A stretch of DNA of 64,000 nt, from the NCBI GenBank assembly GCA_963667015.2, contig CAXXJJ010000001.1, positions 192,001 to 256,000 on the forward strand, given 5' to 3'. Below are positions 53,207 to 60,764 of the stretch, one piece after another. The DNA comes from Desulfatiglandales bacterium. Its GTDB lineage: Bacteria; Desulfobacterota; DSM-4660; Desulfatiglandales; HGW-15. The translations under genes were made by a program, and so were the position numbers. The notes beneath the pieces were generated by a model. The model searched no databases. It was not told the DNA's origin and saw only the letters and a program-made list of their open reading frames with translations. Numbering within the stretch: position 1 is the first letter of the stretch; every line of letters starts with the position of its first letter.

Positions 53207-53453
53207 TCTCTCCCGCCTTGTACTGGTTCATTAAAGGACTGTCCAGGGATATGGATATATTCAGGGCACCCAGAATACTTAACAGGGTTTTTAACCGGAC
53301 CGTCTCCTTACAGTTTTCAATATCATAAATAACCGTTTTCCCCACTCCCGCAATATCTGCCAGATCTACCCGGGACAGCCCTGCCTGCTTCCGGTGAAAC
53401 TTAACAATAGCGCCTATTTCCTGTATTGATTCTACATTTATTTTTACCGCCAT
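53193..53453 (-). CDS. HipB-like XRE HTH regulator
   Basis: HRKQAGLSRVDLADIAGVGKTVIYDIE. Confidence 0.88.
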   Translation of the reverse strand: MAVKINVESIQEIGAIVKFHRKQAGLSRVDLADIAGVGKTVIYDIENCKETVRLKTLLSILGALNISISLDSPLMNQYKAGENAKS

Positions 53454-53604
53454 AGCAGCACTTTCTTTATTAAAAGGTCCAAATCTCCAAAATATTTTAT
53501 TATAGATTAGATATTTACCGCTTTAGCAGTATTTTTGTCAAGCAATATTATATAATGCCAGCATTAGCTATATGAACACCCTATAATTACCGCTGCCGCG
53601 GCAT
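53444..53604. promoter_or_regulatory. Three HipB-type operator palindromes
   Basis: TTACCGC-N4-GC(A/G)G(C/T)A at 53444, 53515, 53587. Confidence 0.6.
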
Positions 53605-53708
53605 TTTAAGTAAAATAAATCTTCTCAAATACCTGGAGATTCTTTAACGCATTTTACCGGGCGGTTATTATTCCGGCCCATAAATCACCCATGCAGCCTT
53701 CATACCTG

Positions 53709-53737
53709 TTGACATTAAAATCTCCTTTTTTCATAAT
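53709..53737 (+). promoter_or_regulatory. Sigma-70 promoter facing the cassette array (candidate Pc)
   Basis: TTGACA-17 bp-CATAAT. Confidence 0.65.
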
Positions 53738-54130
53738 GCAAAGGCCTCATCAAATGAATTCACTATACGGCAGGAAGCACGGGCAGAGTTGATTCAGCAA
53801 GCCCGGAATACCGCTTGTGATGCCGGTCGTTGAAAAGAAATATAACAACTAAAATATGCCATTTGGCTGATCCGGCAATATTGCCAAAATGGCCAAATAC
53901 AAGATTAAAACCAAAGTTGTTTTGCAAATACAGTCAGTTATTAAAATTACATTTTCCCCAAATAGCAATCAGGATGGTTTTATAAGTCAAGGGGAACCGA
54001 CCCCTGTTTTGATTATTATAAAACGAGTTTTAAAATCAGGATATTTTGAAATGTTTCTAAATATAGAAATATTTTGTCGAGACTTTCTATATGTAGAAAC
54101 AAATGCCTATATATAGAAACTTATGAACTG

Positions 54131-54160
54131 GTCGCTAGACCGCTTAATAATATGTTGTGT
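54131..54160 (+). other. attI-like site / start of the first cassette
   Basis: GTTGTGTGAAT at 54154 is the reverse complement of ATTCACACAAC at the first attC; no attC hairpin precedes it. Confidence 0.6.
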
Positions 54161-54180
54161 GAATAAATAGAGGTAGTAAA

Positions 54181-54843
54181 ATGGGAAAAAGTTTTGATCA
54201 AAAAGAAGTTGGCAATCTACTGGCTCAATGCCATAGGCGTTGTTGTATTTGCCACAGATTTTGTGGCATTAAGCTTGAAACTGATCATATCCTACCTAAA
54301 TCAGAAGGCGGCACAGATGACATTGAGAATGCAATACTTGTTTGTTTTGAATGTCATGCCGAGATCCATAGTTATAATGATAAACACCCTAGAGGTCGTA
54401 AGTTTCGACCAGAAGAGTTAAAAGAACATAAAAAACAATGGCTAGAAATCTGTAAAAATAAACCAGAGGCTTTCATTTCTTCGCCGTGGGAATCAGATGT
54501 AGGCCCTCTTCAGGCAATGATTGATGAGTTAGAATTCAATGAAAGGCTATCACAAAAAACTGATCCTAAGGAATTGGGGTGCTTATTTCTTGATAATCAA
54601 TTCCATAAAGCTATTAACGAAGGGGCTATATCTATATTAGTTGATGAATTAAAAAATCTAATTATTGAAGCATATGCGGCTATCGGATTGTCTAATCAAT
54701 CAATTTTAAGCGCACTTACTCAGCCACTAGGGAATTCAAGAAGTACTTTAAAAAACTCAGCTCAAGATAATATTAGATTGTCACAAGAAAAAATTAAAAA
54801 AGCAAAAGACGAACTCCTGACTTTTTTGTCCGGATCGAGGTAA
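54181..54843 (+). CDS. HNH endonuclease (cassette 1)
   Basis: CCIC..DHILPKSEGGTDDIENAILVCFECHAEIH. Confidence 0.88.
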   Translation: MGKSFDQKEVGNLLAQCHRRCCICHRFCGIKLETDHILPKSEGGTDDIENAILVCFECHAEIHSYNDKHPRGRKFRPEELKEHKKQWLEICKNKPEAFISSPWESDVGPLQAMIDELEFNERLSQKTDPKELGCLFLDNQFHKAINEGAISILVDELKNLIIEAYAAIGLSNQSILSALTQPLGNSRSTLKNSAQDNIRLSQEKIKKAKDELLTFLSGSR

Positions 54844-54854
54844 ACCTAAAATTC

Positions 54855-54988
54855 ACACAACCATGCAATTAAGAGCGACTTGCTGGTTTTTCTTGCCGAT
54901 TGGAATTCAACAGTTTCAATGGTATTCATGCTTAATCGATCATCGGCCCCATTAACCATAGGCAAGCCCCTTATTGCGGGCGTTATAA
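54855..54988 (+). other. attC site 1 (134 bp)
   Basis: R'' ACACAAC, L'' GCAATTAAG / L' CTTATTGC, R' GTTATAA. Confidence 0.8.
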
Positions 54989-55028
54989 TGAAAGCATATG
55001 AAACAAGATTACGATAACTTATCGTTAG

Positions 55029-57333
55029 TTGCGACACGATGTCGCATAATCATATGTGTTGACCATGAGGTTACACCATACATGGCAACACCTGGAGCGT
55101 CCCCTCCAGTCCCCTACACGGGCATGCTGCTGTTGCGCGTATGACAGAGTGTGAAGCCCCGTGGACAAAGTACCGAAACGGGTTCAAATGGTGACAGGCG
55201 AACCCATCCCGGAGCTCTACCGGGTTAAGGGCGAGGGCTGGATAATATGGTGAGATTAATCAAAGACCTTAAGCGTCGTCATAAAAGTCTAGACCTACGA
55301 GAGCTAACTTCCTGACTTCAGGATAAAGGTCGAAGATCTATCCCTCTGGGCGGATAGATGTGGTGTGGTCATGGGTTTCTAACGTGCCCATGCGGGAACA
55401 CAAGCCATCGGCGTACAGGTACCACCTAAGTTATTCATTTAAGGTGATTATGCGGAACGTGGAAAAGCCGGCAGTCCGCCATGTCACGCAATGCATGGCA
55501 AGCTAACCGTATAAGGCAAGCCCATGGAGGGTCGGCAATGAGAGGTCGGAACAAGCAAATGCCTTCCTGTAGCGGGAAGGATACTGCATGAAACATGGCA
55601 GTCCTAAAAGGTAGAAGGAGTCAAAGGAATACCGAAATGGGGGCAGACATCCGACTGGTGTTTCCTTGCGAGATAATCTGGAGAACCGTTGTAGATGAGA
55701 AAGCAAAAGACAGCTTCGGCTGGTGCACTCAAAAGCCAAGATAAGAAGTCAGACTCCGCATGCTGGAACAGCGTGGACTGGACAGCAGAGCGGAAAAAGG
55801 TTAGACGGCTGCAGATGCGTATCGCAAAGGCTACGCAGGAAGGCAGATGGAATAAGGTTAAATCATTACAATATCTGCTCACACGCTCAAGAGCTGCCAA
55901 GCTTCTGGCAGTAAAAAGAGTGACTACTAATAAGGGTAAGAAAACACCCGGCATTGACGGCATCTTATGGAAAGGCGCCAAAACCAAATGGCAGGCTGCT
56001 AACAGCCTGCACAAAAGAGGTTACAGACCTCAACCGCTTAGAAGGACGTATATTTCTAAAAAGAGAAGTAAAAAGAAACGTCCTTTAAGTATACCTACAA
56101 TGTATGACAGGGCAATGCAGGCATTGTACAAACTTGCTTTAGCTCCTATAGCAGAAACATTAGCTGACCGCAACTCATATGGATTTAGAGAGGGGCGGAG
56201 CTGTGCCGATGCAGTAGGAGCGGCATTCAATGCCTTAAACAAGCCAAACTCCGCAACGTGGGTGCTTGAAGCCGACATTGAAGGATGTTTTGACAACATA
56301 TCGCATGAGTGGATGCTGGCAAACATCCCAATGGATAAAGAAATACTGGCCAAGTGGTTGAAGGCAGGATTTGTGGAAAAAGGGATAAGATATCCAACCC
56401 GAAGAGGAACACCACAGGGAGGTATTATAAGCCCTACGTTAATGAATATGGTTCTGGACGGACTGGAAGAAGCTGTACATAAATCAGTCCCGCGTAGATC
56501 CAGAGTAAATTTTATTCGTTATGCGGATGATTTTATCATCACAGGGAAATCCAGAAGGCTTTTAGAAAAACAGGTAAAGCCGGCGGTCGTAGAATTCTTA
56601 AGAGAAAGAGGATTAAATCTCTCTGAGCAAAAGACTGCCATCACACATATCCGGGACAGTTTTATGTTTCTGGGACAAACATTCCGGAAACACGGCAAGA
56701 CATTGCACATAAGGCCTTCAAAAGAGGGCGTAGAATCATTGATACAACGCCTCGGCGGAATAATCCGCAAATACGTCAGTGCACCAATGCCTGCCATGAT
56801 AAAGGAACTGAACTCTGTACTTCGAGGTTGGGGCAACTACCATCGTCATGTAGTAGCCGGAGCATCATTTTATCGTATTGACGGTTATGTCTATGACCAG
56901 TTATGGAGAATGCTCAGAAAACGCCATCCAAGAAAGTCAAAGAAATGGCTTGTTAAGAAGTACTGGATGGTAGATGGTAAAAAATGGGTATTTTCCGCAG
57001 TAGGTAAAACTACGCTGGGGAAGAAAGTCTACAGCGTTTTACGCTTAGGCCATTTGGGCATTAAAAGGCATATTAAAATCAAGGCAGACGCTAATCCTTA
57101 CCTTAAGAAGTACGCCGGTTACTTTTGGCAACGCAGGCATGATAAGGAGAAGCGATTATTACCAGCCTTGACGGCAAAAGCCAATCGTGCGATTTTATAC
57201 GCTAATTAGTGGGAAACGTAGTCGGGGCGTTCCAGAAGATCGTCCTTGTGAAATGCTTGAGCCGTATGATGGGAAACTATCACGTACGTTTCTTAGGGGG
57301 GGAAGGGGCTGAGAAGCCCTTGCCCTACCCGGT
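55029..57333 (+). mobile_element. Group II intron A (probably IIB, chloroplast-like RT class) with non-canonical TTGCG...GT ends
   Basis: Domain V GAGCCGTATGATGGGAAACTATCACGTACGTTTC (57259-57292); DVI with bulged A; removal restores GTTAG|CCAAAA, matching the downstream R'' TTTTGGCTAAC. Confidence 0.88.
55695..57209 (+). CDS. ltrA: Group II intron reverse transcriptase/maturase (RVT_N-RT-X, no HNH domain)
   Basis: W..VDW..VRRLQMRIAKA, TPGIDG, GTPQGGIISP, RYADDF, LRGWGNY. Confidence 0.95.
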   Translation: MRKQKTASAGALKSQDKKSDSACWNSVDWTAERKKVRRLQMRIAKATQEGRWNKVKSLQYLLTRSRAAKLLAVKRVTTNKGKKTPGIDGILWKGAKTKWQAANSLHKRGYRPQPLRRTYISKKRSKKKRPLSIPTMYDRAMQALYKLALAPIAETLADRNSYGFREGRSCADAVGAAFNALNKPNSATWVLEADIEGCFDNISHEWMLANIPMDKEILAKWLKAGFVEKGIRYPTRRGTPQGGIISPTLMNMVLDGLEEAVHKSVPRRSRVNFIRYADDFIITGKSRRLLEKQVKPAVVEFLRERGLNLSEQKTAITHIRDSFMFLGQTFRKHGKTLHIRPSKEGVESLIQRLGGIIRKYVSAPMPAMIKELNSVLRGWGNYHRHVVAGASFYRIDGYVYDQLWRMLRKRHPRKSKKWLVKKYWMVDGKKWVFSAVGKTTLGKKVYSVLRLGHLGIKRHIKIKADANPYLKKYAGYFWQRRHDKEKRLLPALTAKANRAILYAN

Positions 57334-57353
57334 CCAAAAGAATGGATATAAAA

Positions 57354-57893
57354 ATGAAAAAGTTAATCACATTGATCTTATTAGCGATAATCATTACTGA
57401 TTGCAATGATCAGAAAGTAATTGATGTTAAAGTCCCAGAAATAGGCACTCCTCTCATTTCAACAACTAAAGAATACTCAATGGATACACACATAACGATG
57501 GGGGAGGCTGCCAAAGATATTCCAACTGTATATCATGAGTATATAGTATCACGGCGAAAAAATGATATATTTGAGAGATTGATTGCTGTTCACGATTTTG
57601 GAGATCGAAAGACTTTATATGTTTATAATCCTCCAAAAAGTAGCAAGAGACATTTTGCCGCTGCTGCCATTGTTAAAAGCAACTCAGGTAATATACTTGC
57701 TGTGGCAAAGTTTCTTGAGGACGTCAAGCTATATGGAATTAGGATTGAAGAATTCCATTTGAATGAAAACTCTCAACCATATTACTACTGTAAAAGCTTG
57801 ATTGGATTCAGTGGTAAGAAGCAATCGGAATCAAATCAAATGGGAAAAAAGAAGACGGAGTATTTTGCCCTTTGGGGTCGCGATAAATTTTAA
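57354..57893 (+). CDS. Hypothetical exported protein or lipoprotein (cassette 3)
   Basis: MKKLITLILLAIIITDC signal; followed by attC. Confidence 0.75.
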   Translation: MKKLITLILLAIIITDCNDQKVIDVKVPEIGTPLISTTKEYSMDTHITMGEAAKDIPTVYHEYIVSRRKNDIFERLIAVHDFGDRKTLYVYNPPKSSKRHFAAAAIVKSNSGNILAVAKFLEDVKLYGIRIEEFHLNENSQPYYYCKSLIGFSGKKQSESNQMGKKKTEYFALWGRDKF

Positions 57894-57948
57894 AATTGCA
57901 ACCTTGGAAAAGGAGTAATCCATGGGACAGTATAAAATATCAAATTTT

Positions 57949-58013
57949 GGCTAACAAAATGCTCTACCCGACTGGGCGATAAAACGCCGCCCAGCCGGTA
58001 AGCATCACCGTTA
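57949..58013 (+). other. attC site, R' interrupted by intron B1
   Basis: GGCTAAC..ATGCTCTACC..CTGGGCG/CGCCCAG..GGTAAGCAT..CGTTA. Confidence 0.88.
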
Positions 58014-59969
58014 GTGCGCCAAGCGCAGCTTGGTGCTTCTTATAGAGTGACCTGTCACACTCAAGTAGTAAGGTATGACAGGAAGTCTTTATCGGGCAAA
58101 GCCTAGCCAGCAGCCCGTACCGAGTGTTGCGTGATTGGGAAGGATAGGCAGTATTATGATGCTGAACGACTCACACGAAGCGTACACAGGGAACACTATA
58201 GGCCGCAGGGAGGACGTACCCTCCTTAAGCAATTCAGCCCCGTTAGTTGCAATAGAGCAGTTGGCGACAGCCTTAACGAGTTGGAAGCCTGAATAATTGA
58301 ATCGCAATGGCAAGATTCATGAGAGGCTGCCGGGGTCCGAGAGCGTGGCATGTAGTGAGAGAAGCATCAGGAACTTGGGAGACCCTTAACGTCTCCTCCT
58401 TTAGAGAGGTAGGGAGTTACAACCAAAAGAAGGACAACCGAAGGACTTAAGGGAGTCAGATCATCTCATAGTACTCTGAGACGGTAGGGCCGATCACAGG
58501 AGCCTGCTTGGCAGGCCGGGGAAGGGGATGACGGTATTACGCAGTCCGCAAAGGAAACATATGCAGATAAGAAAGGCTGAACAACATATGCAAACCTCAC
58601 TGCGGGGAATAGCAAAGAAAGCGAAGGAAGATCCTAAACACAAGTTCGGAAACCTCTACAGTCTCCTGAACGAGAGAAACCTAAAATGGAGCTTTCCTCA
58701 GCTAAACAGGAAAGCTGCCCCCGGAATAGATGACGTTGACTATAAAGAATTCAAATCCAATCTGGATGAGAATATCAGGAATATAGTCATGGATTTGAAG
58801 GGTAAGAGGTATAAGGCAAAGCTTGTACGTCGTCGTTATATACCCAAATCCGGGGGAAGAAGACCTCTGGGGATACCTGTTGTAGGAGACAAGACATTAC
58901 AAACGGCAGCAGCCTCGATACTATCAGCAATATATGAGGCAGATTTTATGCCGTTCAGTCATGGATACCGGAGAGGAAGAGGACCTCAGAAAGCGGCATT
59001 GAAACTAAGTGAACTGATCCACAGAGGAAAGTTCCGGTGGATAGTTGATGCTGATATCAAGGGGTTCTTTGACAATCTAAATCATGACTGGCTGATCCGC
59101 ATGTTGTCTGAGCGAATCAAAGATAAATCATTTCTTGGACTAATAAGGAAATGGTTAAAGGCAGGGATACTGGAGGAAGATGGTCAGGTGATATATCCTG
59201 TAACCGGAACTCCACAGGGCGGCACAGTATCGGCAGTTCTTGCAAATATTTATCTTCATTATGCGCTGGATATATGGTTTGAGAAAGTAGTAAAGTCACG
59301 GTGCGATGGAGATGTAATACTGATGAGATATGCTGATGATTTTGTTGTCTGTTTTCAGTATCACCGGGATGCTCGAAGATTTTATAATGAACTGGGCGGA
59401 AGGCTCGGAAAGTTTGGTCTTGAGTTATCACAGGAAAAGACAAGAATGATTGAATTTACAAGGTTTATAACCGAAGGGAGTAATGTATTTACCTTTCTGG
59501 GTTTTGAATACCGCTGGGGCGTGAGCAGGAAAGGAAAGCCTTTAGTAAAGATGCGAACGTCAAAGGGTAAATTCAAGGCAGCAATAGCCAACTTCTTATC
59601 CTGGATCAAGAAAGAGCGCAGTAAGCTTGGAACAAGGGCATTGTTCGTGAAGATGAGGCAGAAACTGCAGGGACACTTTAACTACTATGGAGTAAGTGGC
59701 AATATTGAAATGCTTATGAAATATTACCATGAAGCCTTGGAGATAATGTTTAAGTGGCTGAACCGCAGGAGCCAACGGAAAAGCTGTACGTTTAAAAGGT
59801 TCATAGGGATGGTTGAATATTTTAAAATACCCCGTCCCCGAATAATAGGATATTGGGATTAACCGATCGCTTTTGTACGAAGCGAGTAATACTGAGGAGC
59901 CTTGTGCGGGAAAACCGCACGCAGGGATCTGCGAGGGGACGGTCAGGTAACTGGCCGTTCTACCTTGAT
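58014..59969 (+). mobile_element. Group II intron B, copy 1
   Basis: Starts GTGCGCC, ends CTACCTTGAT; domain V GAGCCTTGTGCGGGAAAACCGCACGCAGGGATC; removal restores GTTA|GCAG, matching the next R'' CTGCTAAC. Confidence 0.92.
58561..59862 (+). CDS. ltrA: Group II intron RT/maturase without En domain (start could be 58528, 58561 or 58588)
   Basis: AAPGID, RPLGIP, GTPQGG, RYADDF, LQGHFNYYG. Confidence 0.95.
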   Translation: MQIRKAEQHMQTSLRGIAKKAKEDPKHKFGNLYSLLNERNLKWSFPQLNRKAAPGIDDVDYKEFKSNLDENIRNIVMDLKGKRYKAKLVRRRYIPKSGGRRPLGIPVVGDKTLQTAAASILSAIYEADFMPFSHGYRRGRGPQKAALKLSELIHRGKFRWIVDADIKGFFDNLNHDWLIRMLSERIKDKSFLGLIRKWLKAGILEEDGQVIYPVTGTPQGGTVSAVLANIYLHYALDIWFEKVVKSRCDGDVILMRYADDFVVCFQYHRDARRFYNELGGRLGKFGLELSQEKTRMIEFTRFITEGSNVFTFLGFEYRWGVSRKGKPLVKMRTSKGKFKAAIANFLSWIKKERSKLGTRALFVKMRQKLQGHFNYYGVSGNIEMLMKYYHEALEIMFKWLNRRSQRKSCTFKRFIGMVEYFKIPRPRIIGYWD

Positions 59970-60021
59970 GCAGCAATGATGTGAACTGAACAGTAACTTT
60001 ATCAAAACAGGAGATGTTCTT

Positions 60022-60321
60022 ATGAAAAAAATCATGATTACACTTTCTATCTCGTTATTGATTTCATTTTTAGGCGGAATTGCACTGCTTATGTTAAATG
60101 GTTTAGGCTTTTCTGATGCTTTAGTTTCGATGTTCACTGTAGGCTTTTCTCAGATTAACGTGAAATTATCAAAGCTCGTTGTATACATTTACCAAGTATT
60201 AAATTTAATTTTCGCACTATCTTTTTATTTAATGATTTTTTGTACGTTCATATATGGAGTAGTACGTATTGCGAAATTAGCATGGAATTCAGCACAAGGA
60301 AATAAAGCAAAAAACTGCTAA
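60022..60321 (+). CDS. Hypothetical membrane protein (cassette 4)
   Basis: Two hydrophobic segments; RBS AGGAG; stop codon lies within R''. Confidence 0.75.
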   Translation: MKKIMITLSISLLISFLGGIALLMLNGLGFSDALVSMFTVGFSQINVKLSKLVVYIYQVLNLIFALSFYLMIFCTFIYGVVRIAKLAWNSAQGNKAKNC

Positions 60322-60446
60322 CATCTAAATAAACTCAGACAGTGCTACTCTCTTGCCAGTTCGAAGTTGAGTACACCATAGAAACATTGATATTTGCAAA
60401 CATTTATAATTGTAAACCGCCCGGCTGGTTATCGGGCGTGTTAAAA
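60316..60446 (+). other. attC site (131 bp)
   Basis: R'' TGCTAAC, L'' ATAAAC / L' GTTAT, R' GTTAAAA. Confidence 0.7.
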
Positions 60447-60761
60447 GCTGAAAGGCTATAATGAAGAAAGCATCATTTACGGTATTTGGGGAAGTAGGAA
60501 ATATTTCCCAAATCCCCAAATAGCAGTATAAAAATAAAATTCCGGGCTGAATTGATGTCTATTTACAAAAATTGGCAATCTTGCCAAAAGTTGTAAATAG
60601 AAAATAAGAATCAAAATATTGTTGTAATAATAACTGGTTATCAAAAATACAAGGTCGGTAAATAGCGGGCAAAATCGGCTTTTAACCTGTCGCTTCACAA
60701 GACCACGAGGGGCTTCTTTCAATTTTTGCTGAGCATCTCGGCGTGGCTTGTGAGCTGGCCG
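60441..60761 (+). other. ORF-less cassette (cassette 5)
   Basis: Begins G|TTAAAAGC and its R'' reads GCTTTTAAC; only a 20-codon ORF seen on +; two internal palindromes. Confidence 0.75.
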
Positions 60762-60764
60762 TTA
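60680..60764 (+). other. attC site, R' interrupted by intron B2
   Basis: TTTTAAC..GCTTCACAAG..CCACG/CGTGG..CTTGTGAGC..CGTTA. Confidence 0.85.

Noticed and set aside
53889..54116. 75-aa ORF as an integrase remnant or real gene
   Set aside because: No tyrosine-recombinase motifs, no RBS, and it overlaps palindromic non-coding motifs.
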